Counted from the first letter of the whole stretch, positions 38,165 to 52,379 are shown. The stretch is 63,943 nt of DNA, filler included, from Octopus bimaculoides (GCF_001194135.2; 5 parts of 5 records of this genome joined end to end with filler, not necessarily neighbours in it), one strand, 5' to 3'. Program-made: numbers and translations. The notes: generated by a model from the sequence alone, not told the origin.

Positions 38165-39750
38165 AGTCACAGAAAAATTTGCGCTTGCGTAAGCATCTGG
38201 AAACTTTCATGCCACCACACTCTCTTTGAATACTCCAGCAGTACTCTGCCGTCACGCGTGTGTTCCATCAGCTTTGGTATCTCCCCTCCATAATCTTGAT
38301 TGCTTGATGAAAACGCTCGCCATGCTCAGCGCTAACGCCTCTACGGTCACAGGAAATTCATCGAGATGGCTATTGAGGAAATGAAGCTGTACGATCATAT
38401 TTCAACCTAAAAGATGAAAGCTGCTATCAACTAATGTCTTCACCAAATTCTTGTAGTTTGCAGCCTTTTCACAACAGTTAACAAATAAATCCCACGCTCA
38501 TTTTTCTGTCAGCCATCGAGTTCGAGAAACTCTGGGATTTTGTTAACTTTCTGATTTGTGGCCCCTTAAAAACACCAGCCCTTATTGTTTAATAACTTGG
38601 ACCAATAACTGTTATACATATGAATTTGAAACAGTTACCTTCCACATTAAGAGCTTTGACAAATTAATTCATTAGTCCTAGTTTAATATGAAGGCGTGGA
38701 AAGATGATTTTCTCTCGCTCAACAAGTGGCTGGTGTGAGATATTCTTCTTCTCAACAGTCAATTTTTCCTGACTGACCAGAGTCTCTGTTCCCAATGTCT
38801 CTCGCTTGGCTATCCTATAAACACAGGAAACTCGGATATTTTGTATACCCTATTTGTTGGCCAGGTAAAATGTTGACCATTTTAGATTCACACATATGAC
38901 TCATTTGTGTTCACCATACTTAAATAAATCTAATACAACGTTTATGTGATCATAATTATTTTCCTAATGTACAATAGGAAGCGTGTCAAACAAGTTTTCA
39001 TTATCGAGCAATACACATTTTAGACTCTTCTCTTCGTTGAAAAATCTGTTCACTAGGATCATACTGTTCAACTCTCATCAGGATTAACATCACACCAGTA
39101 TAAAAAATATTTTCCAATTGTAAAGAATACCAAGAGACATTTTTTTTTTGTTCCGGTAAGAAAGTCATGTTTGTTTCTTTCTGCCAAAAATTCTTCTCTT
39201 TAAGCCTCGAAACTAAAAGTTAAATCATTAAGTTCTGCACGGTTGAAGTTTTCACGTTCTTTGGTTGATGTGTATACAAAGTCTAATGAATGTCATATTC
39301 ATGATTTAAATCTACTTCACATATATCACTTTTGCCTCACAGTGACAGTTGATCCTTGAAAACGGGTACAAGTTATTCTATCGGGGTCAAAGTACTCGAT
39401 GAATTGCTGAGTCCAGATTTAGATAACTTATTTTCTGACATGTTCTGTTGCTATAACCAGAATTTTTTGTGAGACAAAGGTAGCAATCATTTACATGGTT
39501 CTTCGGCACCCAACATAATAGCTAAATGTTAGCTGTTTCCTTATGCCCTTTGTCCATTGATGTAGATTTTCGACATAAGGTTTACATATATTGTGCGGGC
39601 CTACGACTTATCCTGATCAACAACTTTAATCGTTAAATAAGCCAAGCAGGATCTTTTTACAATGTCACTAACGTTCATTCTTTTACTTGGTACTGTAGAC
39701 CTCCCACAAATATAACAAAAAAGTTAAGAGAATTCAAACATTTCAAACAT
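38165..39750 (-). mobile_element. Chapaev3-type (CMC/Transib-related) DNA transposase, decayed, near full length
   Basis: Across frameshifts: FCYICG; DQDKS; PKNHVNDCYLC; AELNDL; KSLKCVLL; HQPLVE; GVFKGPQIRKL; GVSAEHGERFHQAIKIMEGRYQ; AEYCWSIQRE. Family assignment is from recalled motif similarity. Confidence 0.8.
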
Positions 39751-39781
39751 GGAGCTACGGATGACGCCAAAATGTGTCAAC

Positions 39782-39935
<154 letters not shown>

Positions 39936-40559
39936 AAAGACAGACAGACATATAGACAGAGTTCCATGGAAACATATTGTTATATACACATCCACTGAAA
40001 CACCATTACAAAAAATATAAGAAAGAAAGGTAAAAGGTATATAACTATATTTTAATTCAGTGAGTTTGATTCGTGCCTCATTACAGAGCGTCAATGTTAT
40101 ATAATAACAATAATTATAGATATACAACGCATTTAGTTTCCGCAATATAGAAATACCTCAGTAATTATAGCGCCATAAATCAACATATCTAATTTCATAT
40201 AGACTATGTAATAAGGAATTCTAACTGGAGTTATGCTATTGAAATTAATGACATACATATTTGTAACATGAAATAAAACATTTAAAAATTATTGCCTGTG
40301 AAGAAGAGATTCGTGATAAGGTTTCAAAGATGTTTATAACAGCTTTCGTAATGGTAATGTTTATCCAAATGTTTGCTAAATGGTTAATGTTATCGGATAC
40401 TCATTTTCCGTCATTCTATGGTTATACAATTTACATGAATCTCAAACTGTATCCGGGTATTCATATAATGAAATTGGCGCATAAGCAAGGGAACCCAGAA
40501 ACATTCATTGGCCCAATATGAATGAGTGATGCTAAAGTTGGAAGTCTTGCATGCATTAT

Positions 40560-41710
40560 TTTCATCTCTCTTATTAATGACTGCATTGTTTCTTTCCCGG
40601 TAAACTGAAATCTGGCAGTTCAAATGTAACTAGTAGTGATTTACCTTGAAGTTCGACTAAATCTGTCATCGTGGTGATATCAAGTACCTGCGGAAAAGGA
40701 GAGTTGACCGAAAGGATTTTCATTCCAACACAGTTCATGCATAACGGGATCGAACTGCAGCTTTATCAACAGTGAAAATGGGTCAGCTCAGCTTCGGAGA
40801 GGAAGGGAGAATCTGGAGCATGAACAATATTCTAGACGTTCTGCAATTGCCCCTGCCGCGGAAACCATCGATCGATTTCGCCACAGATTGATGGATGACA
40901 AACGATTGACTATAAATAAAATAGCTAATGCTATTAGCATACTCGTGAGAGAATACAGAATAATTTACACAATAAATCTGGCATGACACAGATTTCTGTT
41001 CGGAGAGTGCTACGTGAGACACCTGAAAAAAAGTACACCAGCCGTTTACATCACAGAATAATATTTTGAGACATTTTTTGAGACAGATTCAGTTGATTTC
41101 CCTGAACGTTACATAACCCTGGATAAGCATTGGGTCCAGAAATTTGAGCCGGAGATGTAGAGACAATCCAATCCATTCAGTAGAAACACTTCATTCAGAA
41201 GAGACACACCTCCTCACCTGCTCCAAATAATGCTACGGTCTTATCTCTAGGGTATGTGATGATGTGAGACTTTGGGGATGCAAGATAGTAAATATTCACA
41301 ATTTTCAAAAGGCCAACTTGATGAGGCAGTTACGAAAGGCTTATCAAGGCCAAAACGCCCAGGATATTTCTGGAAAGTTGTCTTGTTTCATGAGGATAAT
41401 GCCCCAGCACAGAAACACTTGGTTTAAATAGCCACCGTATGGATTTGAATTGGTTGATCACACTTCATATTATCTTGATTTCTTCCATTAGACTAAGGTT
41501 TGTTGCCCATCATGAAACAATACTTCGCTTATAACCAGTATCTCAGAAACGAACGCGTCAAATCTGTTGTTGATAACCTTTTTTTAAGCACCAACGGGTT
41601 CCAGATACTGCAACATCGATTGACGAGGTTTGTTGAAATATAGACCCTGTTCGCTCTCATTCATTGAAAGTAACTTGGTCAGCCAATGAATCGTTCAGCT
41701 GACCATAGTA
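40560..41710 (+). mobile_element. Mariner (Tc1/mariner) transposon, decayed; a short duplicate of its middle lies at about 42150-42248
   Basis: HRGDIKYLRK; RYITLDKHWVQKFEPE (first D); VLFHEDNAPA (second D); HTSYYLD (YSPDL region); 3' TIR-like ggtcagccaatgaatcgttcagctgaccatagta. Confidence 0.85.
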
Positions 41711-41860
41711 TATATACACTGCTCCGGTGTAAACGTGAACGGATGGTAATGAGACCTAGTCTATATATCTCCATAAAGTTTCAATGAAAAAAAAGAAGTT
41801 TTCTAATTCATTTAGATTGATAAAAAATGTGTGTCATGGAGTAAATGTTGTTTTAGTTAT

Positions 41861-41911
41861 TTTAGGGTGTCTACAGTAGCAATTCCGAATTGTTACTGTA
41901 GACAGCCTAAA
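41861..41911. repeat. 51-nt near-perfect hairpin
   Basis: Arms TTTAGGGTGTCTACAGTAGCAATT / AATTGTTACTGTAGACAGCCTAAA (24 bp, one mismatch, one G-T pair); loop CCG. Confidence 0.85.
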
Positions 41912-42517
41912 CTAACAGATACGACTATACCAATACACCTGTGATTAGGCGCGCTCACGATACTTGCATTAATATATCGCGGATTCAGGCATACTTGCTA
42001 GAGCCAAAAAGAAACTTCTCTAACTCACGCTATTTGCGTAACAAAGACATCTTCAATATTTGATGTTACCCTCTTTTATGATACCTATGTGATGGCATAT
42101 ATGTAAGAGGATTTTAAATATTGGAAGCATGGCTACGATTGTTTAATCAGTAGGGTATGTGATGACGTGAGAATTTTGGGATGGAATATAGTACATATTC
42201 ACAGTTTTCAAAAAGTCAATGAAAGGTAGTATGCCAACTTGATGACACATGGTAAAACGAGTACCTCGACTCCTATGAAGGTGATTTGGCAATTAAAACG
42301 ATTCCCAATTTGGAAAGAGATCTGAACGAAAGTCAATTTAGAAAATACAAGTGTGACGCAGAGTTTATAATCTCGTGTTACATTGTAGTATTGTAAGGTC
42401 GATAGATGTTTATAAGGAAACAGCAAAGTAAATTATTTACTTTCAGATACACAAACCAGACATATATACACGCCCGTGCAAACACTCATACACACATACA
42501 CGTATTATGTAAGTATA

Positions 42518-42566
<49 letters not shown>

Positions 42567-42684
42567 AATGTATATGTGAGTGTATGTATACACATATGCA
42601 TATATGCTTATATATATTATATTCATATATATANNNNNNNNNNNNNNNNNNNNNNNNNNNNNNNNNNNNNNNNNNNNNNNNNNN

Positions 42685-42718
<34 letters not shown>

Positions 42719-43869
42719 GTGTGTGTGTGTATGTTTGCATGTATACACACACACACTGACACACACACACTCACATATATCATGTGTCAGTTGAAGAAAG
42801 CAGCATCTATCTCTTCCAATTAGTATTGTTAGACTGCAAATTGTTATTTTTAACTTAATACCTTTCTTTATATACCTTTTTTATACCAATTATAAGACAA
42901 ACGTTTCTAAATACAGATTGTAGTTTATTCCATGAACTTTATTCCTCAATCAATTACCACGAAATAAATCTGCCAATTATTTGTTCCTTTGACTTTATAT
43001 CGATTCCGTGTGAAAGCACAACATAAAATAAAAACGAATAGACGCTATAAAAACAACACTTTTGGAATCTGTGTGTACTATTTAGCTAGTTTATTTTCAT
43101 TTATTTCCAAAACTTTCCATTCTTGTTTCGTTTAATTATTCCTGTTTTTGTTAGCTTTTGGAACTTGCTCATTGTTGTTAGGTTTTGTTTCTTTAGCTTT
43201 AGACCTTAGTGAATTTCTTTCAATTTACATTGTCTCCACAATACAAATTGTTTTAATTGGCCAATTACCTCAACAGGGTAAAGCTAAATAAAAAATTAAA
43301 TATAGTTAATGCAAATACGATACATGTAGTTTTGTATTTAGTTCGATATCGATTAAAACATAAATGTCTATGACTATGTAAATGTATCTCAATATACACA
43401 CACACACAAACACGTACATATATAAATTGTGTGCATAATATATACTACAGAAAGAAAGGCAGAAAGTGGGAGAATAGAGAGACAATAGCAATGTTCCTTT
43501 CTATTGAATTGTTTTTCTTTTTGAAATTGCGGATTAAGCAAGTACAGTCTGGTTTCTAGGTATGATAAGCACGCTTTCAGACAATACAAACTGATTACTT
43601 TGTTTTTTATACTTAAACCAAATTACACAACAGATGAAAAGTTCTATAGCCCGGTATCTATAATATATTGATTACTCTAATGTTTAGTTATGTATCTGAA
43701 TTCACAAATACAACATTACCAATGATTTTTAATTAGTTAATTATGACAGGATATAATATGTTATTTTTTATGCAGTGGTGTGTATATGCTCCATTGTTAT
43801 TCTTTAGTTTTCATGTATAGTTTTGCAACATACAGGGAGTGGAAGCTACCAAACAATTTGGTAATAAGA

Positions 43870-44090
43870 GTACACACGAGTATAGACAATGTCAGGAAAT
43901 TGTCAATGTCTGTGACAAGCTTGCATAGAAAATATAAAAGGCGTCACGATGAAGTGTCATTTCATCTTCATTGGACTTTAATGCAAAAAATATGGTCTTC
44001 CAACTACTAAGGTATACTATCAGCACAATACAGAGAAAGCCCTGGAAAAACAAACTTGGGAACTCCTGTGGGATTTAGCGACCATGGGTA
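43870..44090 (+). mobile_element. R4/Dong-like RLE LINE fragment
   Basis: RKYKRRHDEVSFHLHWTLMQK-YGLPTTKVYYQHNTEKALEKQTWELLWD. Confidence 0.72.
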
Positions 44091-44181
44091 TATGAGACTA
44101 TATAATTCGTAGGGTGTCAATTAAGCAATCTAGTGTTCACAAGATACTACTATACAAGTGAAGGACTACTACTACTGCTGT

Positions 44182-44215
<34 letters not shown>

Positions 44216-44255
44216 GCTGCTGCCGCTGCTGCTGCTGCTGTTGCTGTTGCAACTA

Positions 44256-44289
<34 letters not shown>

Positions 44290-44339
44290 ACCTACTGCTA
44301 CTAATAATAATTATAATTACTAATCTTATTATTATTGAG

Positions 44340-44878
44340 TGATAGAGCCGTGCATGCCATCAAAGTGACACTGGGGTAAAATATACGAAGTCCATTATAC
44401 CAATCATGACTACCCGTCCGAGATGGGTACACCAGGTACATGCATCACAACCATACGTGCGGGACATGGTGACCTCATATCAAAATAAACAGCGCATGGT
44501 CTCGCAGTTAGAATTTTCTTCAGGTCGAGTTGCCTATCCCATTCAAAAGGTCCCTGAATAAGGTTTCTTTAAGGATGTTGAGCAAAACACCCATATTTCC
44601 AAAGGTGACTTATTTAAACCCCAAAGAATTCTTCTCAACACATGGCAATGATACACCCCCACAAATTCTGCTCATGATCAGAGATGCACATATCGTCAGC
44701 CACCAAGGGATATGCTCAACTGGTTAAGGTGAAACAACTGACAAACAAATCTGTGGTATTGAGTAGAATATTTTATGTAGCCCATCTTTGTACACCATGA
44801 CAAAACAATGTACATGATAACACACCTATCAGTTAAGATCAAAAGCCATAAAATCCACTGCCTGGTACTGCATCCGGG

Positions 44879-44880
<2 letters not shown>
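44340..44880 (+). repeat. About 540-bp non-coding element bounded by (ATT)n; probably a LINE 3' UTR or LINE-derived SINE
   Basis: GC-richer than its flanks, no ORF homology, ends ..cctggtactgcatccgggta then (TAT)n; lies on the same strand just downstream of the R4-like fragment. Confidence 0.4.
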
Positions 44881-44924
<44 letters not shown>

Positions 44925-45104
44925 CATGTTTATTATTATTATTCAGTAGTTTTATTTTTATAACGTGCTTTCACTTCACTACCGAGCGCAGCTCTGTGTG
45001 CCTTGGGTATGTGCTGTGGTTTGCTGTGATGCTCTTATTATTATTATTATTCTTATTATTATTCTTATTATTATTCTTATTATTATTCTCATATTTTTAA
45101 AAAA

Positions 45105-45962
45105 AGAGTGACGTAACTCTACACGAAGGTAAATAGTCAAGACGAAGAGTGCGATTCGATTGTGTAGATATTTTATTCTTTGAACAATATTTCGATAGCA
45201 CGTCTGTCTTACTCAAGTTCAAAACAAAAGGTGATTAAAAATTCAAAATTTCAGAACTCCTATGAACGAGAATAACCAGCGTCCATACGTTGATGGAATG
45301 ACATCATCAGTTTTTGTCAGTTTTTTAACAAGCAGAAAGAAAGAAAAAAATAGAAAAAGGAAGACGACAGAAAAAGAAAAGAAAAAAAGAGAGAAAGAAG
45401 AATATTCAATCAAACAGTTTTGTATAAATTTGATGATATTCTCCTGTCATCTTATTCCTTCCACCAGGGCGTGATGTCAATAACCCGCAAACATATTTCT
45501 CCTCATACATTCTGAGAAGTGAAAGTGGGCTACATTCAGAATATTTTTTGAGAATGTGCACTTTCAAATCTTCTTCAAAATTGCAGCCGCTTGAAACGAA
45601 ATGTACAGCAAGTTCTGTTGAACTACTGTTCTTGTGCCTGACGTCGAACCTGTCCCATTCAAGCTTTTGTTTAATTGTTCCGTTGTACAACCAACATAAA
45701 TCAAGTTGTGTTTCGTGCATTCTGCAGCGTACACTAAATGGGAATCTTTGAAGGTTCTCCCTTCTGTGTAAATCATAACATTTCTATTATGATTTTTGAT
45801 GGAATTCACTTCACTCATGTTGTTGCACAATGAACAGGGCTTACCTCTCTTGCGGCTGTTCTTTAAGGTACAGCGGGTAGATACTCCAATGTTCGCTTTC
45901 TTGGATTCAGATATAGAGTTCAATAATTATTTTACGTTCTTATTCCGTCGAAAGGCTACAAT
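45105..45962 (-). mobile_element. Penelope-like element 3' portion (linker, GIY-YIG, 3' end); same family as 29880-31985
   Basis: RKRGKPCSLCNNM (Cys linker)..HLVYAAECTKHNLIYVGCTTEQLNK; colinear nucleotide similarity with 29880-30840. Confidence 0.9.
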
Positions 45963-48240
45963 ACGGTTCCCTGTCCTGCCCGCACCTCGGACATGTCGGC
46001 AACAAAGCACTTCCATGCCTTGACAGTATATCATGAACAGATAACGCCGAACGGAAGCACTGCCAAGCCAGGGATTTTTGGTAATTGTCCAGATACCCCG
46101 GCCCTAAAGCTCTCCTAAACTAGTTGATCAACTGATTTTCATCGGAGTTCAGCGTCTTCTCCAAGGCGTCTTCGGACATAAATTCCACCAACCCGCTGCA
46201 AAAATCCGTGGTAGAACTCCTATTGCGAGCATTGTCCGCCCGAGAGAATAGCTGAAATGCCTGACGGCACCCCACTTGCAAGTGCCCCAGCCTAGGTTTG
46301 TGCTTGATCCATTTACCAATATCTGTTAAGGACGTTAACTGCGGAAGGTAGAACCGAACGTGCGCTGACCACACCTGTTCTCCGTCCAGGTAAAGCCAGA
46401 GGTGCCTCAACTTTAACGCGAGTTTACGCATCCTCAGTCAAGGCATCCCTACTCCGTCTTTTAGTGGTTTCTGGCAGCAGACAGAGCGTTTCACAAGTGG
46501 CTTTCCCTTTCACAAAAAGCGGGAAAAGATTCTCTCCAACTTATTCATTCACAAATAGGGGCAGAGCACCACGGTAAGACGGTATGTGATGACTGATGCT
46601 ATAAATATCTGCACCACCTCCGCCGCTCCTAGTTAGGATAACGCCCGCCCAGATCAGGTCGGGGTTAGAGCAGTCACCTTGCTGGTCACCTCACTCCAAT
46701 TTCTCTCTGTCTGGAAGAGGCCGGGACCAAACTAGACTCCAAGCAGCTTAACCGCACCTTCCGTCCAATGGCCAACGATGTTATTGGACGGCATAGACTT
46801 GCCCCACCAGGTGCCGAGTTGCAAACCGACCGAATTGTCCTTGTCAACCTTTGCACTTGCCACCACCTCGTAACTTCCACCACTGAAAGCTGGACCTCAT
46901 CCACCTCGTTGATGGAAATGTCATACGCATACACCGTAGCTCCTCTTTTACACGATGGGTCATGCGGAGCGCCTCCTAGTGCCTCCAACCTCCGCAGTAA
47001 TGGCTCAAGATCCAACACATACAAAAGCGGAGACAGGTGACACCTCTGACGTACGGAGTGCTCGATCCTTAATGGCTTCGAAAGAAAACTATTCACTTTT
47101 ACGACAGACTCGATGTCGCTGTACAACTCAGTAACCCAACCGCGGAAGGTCGGTCCCAGGCCAGCGTTCTCGAGGACCGCGTCCAACTACCGATGGTCGA
47201 CCCTAGCAAATTCCTTAGACTGGTCTAAATGAACCAGTTCTCCCCTTGCGCCAGAAAACTTCCCCACACTCTCTAAGGAGTAGCGTTTAAGGTGGAGATT
47301 GTCGTGGATCGTCCTGCCCGGGATAGCACACGTTTGCGCTTCCGCTACAAGTCTCTCCACGACCCGAACCAACCTTTTCGCAAGCACCTTGGACAAAATC
47401 TTTAACCCTGTATTCAGCAGAGTTATGGGTCTGAAATTGCATATTTATCCCCCTTGTTAGCGTACTTCCTGATCAACGTCACCACCCCCGGCTCGCACAC
47501 TTGCGAATCTCCCCATTCTGCTGCCAATTGTCGTAGACGCTGGTCAGCAGGTGCCCGAGCAAGCCTGGCATACTTTTGTAAAATTCATGAGGCGGCAGCT
47601 TTTCCTTATTTGTGCTGTGATGCTTTCATTTCTTTTTCTTTTGTGGAGGATATGGATGGGGATGGTGCATGTGTTCGTTTCCGAACTACTGTGAACTTCC
47701 CCTCGACAACCTCATCTGGAAGAGTTACATATTCTGGTGCCAAATTAGAGGGGAATGGGTGTGTTTGATGTTGTCGGGACAGGTTTGTGCATGGCATTTT
47801 TGGTTATCGTGTATGGGGCCGGGCGCCACAGATGGGGAGTGGCAATTGATGTTTCTATGGGGGCTGATATGTGTGCGGGTTTGGGGTCTCCTTTTTCTTC
47901 CATTGTTCAAAGGCTACACGAATGTGACCATTTTAGCCACATTCGTAGCACGTGGGCCTTTTGGCCTCTACTTGTATTTTGAGTATAATATCCTCACCCT
48001 AGAGCACCCTTTCTGGAAGCATTTCAATATCTTCCTGAGTCCGCTGAATACTGGAAGAAATGCTCTGCTGGAGCCAATTTTGTGAGGCAGAGCATGTGAT
48101 ATGAAGGAAATTGATTTTATCCTTCCTGTTATACAACAGGGCGGCCATCACCTCCCTTGCATCAATATCAGGTGATACCTCTGTCACCTTTACACGAGAA
48201 GTTCGTCTCCCGATAGACGTTGGCAGAAGCACTACCTCCT
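45955..48240 (-). mobile_element. Tx1/L1-clade LINE: ORF1 remnant joined to RT (endonuclease deleted) through the zf-RVT
   Basis: ORF1 knuckle RPTCYECG*NGHIR; EFYKSMP; NFRPITLLNT; QTCAIPGRTIHDNL; LDQSKEFARVDH; SVRQRCHLSPLLYVL; C-terminal PTCPRCGQDR. Confidence 0.88.
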
Positions 48241-48260
48241 TCGTTTTCAGAAATTAATTT

Positions 48261-48529
48261 TACACACAAATAAATTAGAAATCCCCAGAAGCGGGAAATG
48301 TATAATATGTTTTTCCCGTCTTACTGAGGACAACAGTTCAAAACCCACCCCCACTACGGGGAGGGGCGGAAGAATAAGGCCTACAACGGTCGAAATAAAT
48401 TCTACACAGAAAAATAAATTCGAAATCCGCTAAAAACGGGAAACCTATATGTGTTTTTCTTCTTAATGAGGACAGCAGTTCAAATCCCACACCAGTGGGG
48501 GTGGGGCGCAATTATTAATCCTACAACGG
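48261..48529. repeat. Two tandem about 142-bp monomers in the presumed 5' UTR of the Tx1/L1 element
   Basis: tacaca..aaataaatt.gaaatcc..cgggaaa..tgaggaca.cagttcaaa.ccca..cctacaacgg is repeated from 48261 and 48403. Confidence 0.75.
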
Positions 48530-48621
48530 ATTTAAGAAGTTCAACTTTTCAACAATGTTCAACAACGATAAACAAAAGCACGTCCAACAAACAGACCGGT
48601 AAGCAAGCTACTTACCGCACA

Positions 48622-48682
<61 letters not shown>

Positions 48683-49059
48683 AAAGACCAATATAGGTGT
48701 AGGAGCAACAAGGAAGTTTAAAGTGGAATATATATATGGAAAGAAGAGTGTATTCATATTATTACAAACACACGCACACACACGCACACATTCATAAATG
48801 AACTAGAGGTAAACAAGCAGAATTAAAATTTTAGAATGAAGACGACTGCCGACCATCCGAACGAATAAAACAACTAGAACATGAAACTTTATGAGCTGAT
48901 CTCGAGGAACGTATTGATGGGACTACTGTGTCCTGCAGCTCCTGCTAACGAAGCTCCTGCTCACGATAGATCAAAAGCAGTCACAACTGAATGCGTGTCG
49001 TGTACATTTGGAATGTGATCCGAACCTTTTCTGAAAGCTCATCACTGATAATGATAGCT

Positions 49060-49293
49060 GGTAGTACGGTCTAGAAAATGTGGAAGAAGTGAAGAAAAGC
49101 AAAGAAAAAAAAATACGACGGAGGTTTTAAAATGAGCCACTTCGCAAGACTTCCAGCACTGCTTCGGAAAGTGGAAGACGCGCCTGGACTGATGGATTGA
49201 TTCAAATGGAAAATTGATAAAAGTGTAAACATATAAAACAAAGTGGATAGAATAGCATTGCAACATTCCGGGGTTTTTAGGTACTCCAACGTA
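49060..49293 (+). mobile_element. Mariner 3' end remnant with TIR
   Basis: NVEEVK..TTEVLK..FQHCFGKWKTRLD*WIDSNG; terminal ttccggggtttttaggtactccaacgTA. Confidence 0.7.
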
Positions 49294-49356
49294 TATACAT
49301 ATATATGTATACATGTATGCATGCATGTGTGTATATATGTATCTATCATATATATA

Positions 49357-49423
<67 letters not shown>

Positions 49424-50459
49424 NNNNNNNNNNNNNNNNNNNNNNNNNNNNNNNNNNNNNNNNNNNNTTAATTAATTAANNNNNNNNNNNNNNNNNNNNN
49501 NNNNNNNNNNNNNNNNNNNNNNNTGTGTACGTGTGTGTGTATGCGTGTGTGTATGCGTGTGTGTGTGTATGTGTGTGTGTGTGCGCGCGTGTGTGTATAT
49601 GTGTGTGTATGCGTGTGTGTGTGTGTGTGCGTGCGTGTGTGTGTGTGTGTGTACATGTTGGTGCTTGACTGCTGGCTTTCGTAGACGGATGCTGCTGATA
49701 GGATGAACTTAAGTAGGTGAGTAAGGTGTGAGATGCTTACAGCATAAATGATAGATGAATGTGAAAAGCAGACCTAGATAAACAGAACTTGGACCTTCAT
49801 TGATAAAAAGGTTGTTAGGTAGGTGTGTAGATAGCTAGGTGTGTAGATTGTTAGGTGTACAGGTTCTTTGGTGTGTTAATATTTTAGCATGTATATATGT
49901 GTGTATGAATGTGTACGTAGACAGGAAGACAGNNNNNNNNNNNNNNNNNNNNNNNNNNNNNNNNNNNNNNNNNNNNNNNNNNNNNNNNNNNNNNNNNNNN
50001 NNNNNNNNNNNNNNNNNNNNNNNNNNNNNNNNNNNNNNNNNNNNNNNNNNNNNNNNNNNNNNNNNNNNNNNNNNNNNNNNNNNNNNNNNNNNNNNNNNNN
50101 NNNNNNNNNNNNNNNNNNNNNNNNNNNNNNNNNNNNNNNNNNNNNNNNNNNNNNNNNNNNNNNNNNNNNNNNNNNNNNNNNNNNNNNNNNNNNNNNNNNN
50201 NNNNNNNNNNNNNNNNNNNNNNNNNNNNNNNNNNNNNNNNNNNNNNNNNNNNNNNNNNNNNNNNNNNNNNNNNNNNNNNNNNNNNNNNNNNNNNNNNNNN
50301 NNNNNNNNNNNNNNNNNNNNNNNNNNNNNNNNNNNNNNNNNNNNNNNNNNNNNNNNNNNNATATATATATATATATATACATATATATATGTGTGTGTGT
50401 GTACATATATATATTCACATACACAAACATACATACATAGGTATGCATATATCTTTTAT

Positions 50460-50909
50460 GCATTTCAGCCGTAAGGCTGTGTCCATGCTGGAGTACCACC
50501 AGTGTCATCGCCTTTTCAATGACCGTTCTTGCGCTTTTGGCTTTTGGAGAAAAAGGGTGTTTCATATTGCTGTCGTCTTTTGAGTTTCTTGCCAAGGTGT
50601 AGGTTCATCTGTGAGCTTTGGCAGCAAGTTCTTTCTTGAAAACATCTACCCTCAGATTTCTTTTTCTTTTGGTAAGATATTAAAATAGCTTTATTTTGTC
50701 CATTCCCAAGCTATTGCAGAATCTGGTCCTTATTCTAGCTGGTCTTGAGACCACTGGAACGATGGATGTAGTGACGTCTCATTTAGGTACTGGTATAACT
50801 TTCGATAAGTACATACATATGTGTATGTGTGTATATATATGTATATATGTGTGTGTATGTATGTATGGATGCTACTGATGTGTCCATTATATATATGTAT
50901 ATATATATA

Positions 50910-50999
<90 letters not shown>

Positions 51000-51053
51000 T
51001 ATATATATATGTGTGTGTGTATATATATATGTGAGTGTATATATATGTGTGTG

Positions 51054-51088
<35 letters not shown>

Positions 51089-51262
51089 AATTAAAATGTT
51101 GGGGGGCGCTTCTTTCAGTTTCCACCTACGAAGTGGAACTGCACCTAGAACTATGGGGCTAGGAAGCAAACTTCTTACCACAGAGCCATACTTGTGCCTA
51201 TATATATGTATGTGTGCGTGAATACGCCTGTGAGTGTGTAGACAGACAGACAGACAAGCAGG

Positions 51263-51298
<36 letters not shown>

Positions 51299-52338
51299 GA
51301 GGGGGGACAGGCAGGGAGACAGACAGACAGACAGATAGATAAATAGATAGATAGATAGAGATGATCGATAGATTTAGATGCAGATATAGGATAAGTGCCG
51401 AAAGTTTATCTATTTGACACATGTAGCAAAGCATATACTGCAGTACTTTATTAATTAATGATAAATAATTAATATTTAATAATTGATAATAACAACTACA
51501 ACAATGGACGCAAAGTTAAGAGCAACAACAACAACATAAACAACAAGTACAGCAACAAGTCTACTAAGGACAATGGAAATAATTCTTTACAATCTTGACA
51601 CAAGGCCTGAAATTTTGTGGGGATTGGTCTAGTCGATAACTTCGACTCCAGTGCTTAGCTGGTATTTACTTCATTGACTCCGAAAGGCTGAAAGGCAAAG
51701 TCGACACCGACGGAATTTGATCTCTGATGGTGAAGTCGGAAGGACATTTATAATAACCGTTGCTGCTAACAGAGAAGAAGCAGGTCGATTTCTATCGATC
51801 CCGGCAATTTACTAGCTTTTAGTTTTTGGTTTTTGTTTTTTTTTTATCGACCCCCGAAAACATGAAAAGCAAAGTCGACCTCGGCGGAATTTGAACTTAA
51901 AACGAAAGAGCCGGAAGACATTCCGCAAAGTAATTAATCCGTCGCGCTAACGATTCTGCCAGTTAGCCGCCATAACAGCAAAGAAGTCAATTATATGCAA
52001 TTAAAAACATTCGTATACAAGCGTTTCTATATACGAATATAATTCTGTTCGTTAATCAAATAGTTCACTACTTGAGTTATTGAATACACACACAGATAGA
52101 TACGAAGAGAGAAAGAAAGGAAAGTAGTTCGGGTTTAACAGCTGAACTCGAAGTAGATATAGCTAAAAAAACTGACGCACTATTGTATATGTATGTATAT
52201 ATATGTGAGTATATATATATTTTTATATAAATATATAAATATGTATAAGTAAAAAATATGTGTGTGTGTCAATATCTTTGTATACACATATCTCCCTTTA
52301 TCTCTATATGCTTATATATGCATATTATTCGTATATAC

Positions 52339-52379
<41 letters not shown>

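Noticed and set aside
44825-44880. U2 snRNA-like words (cctatcagttaagatc, cctggtactgcatccggg)
   Set aside because: The matches are short and not colinear with U2, with no Sm site; more simply a LINE-type 3' hairpin before an (ATT)n tail.
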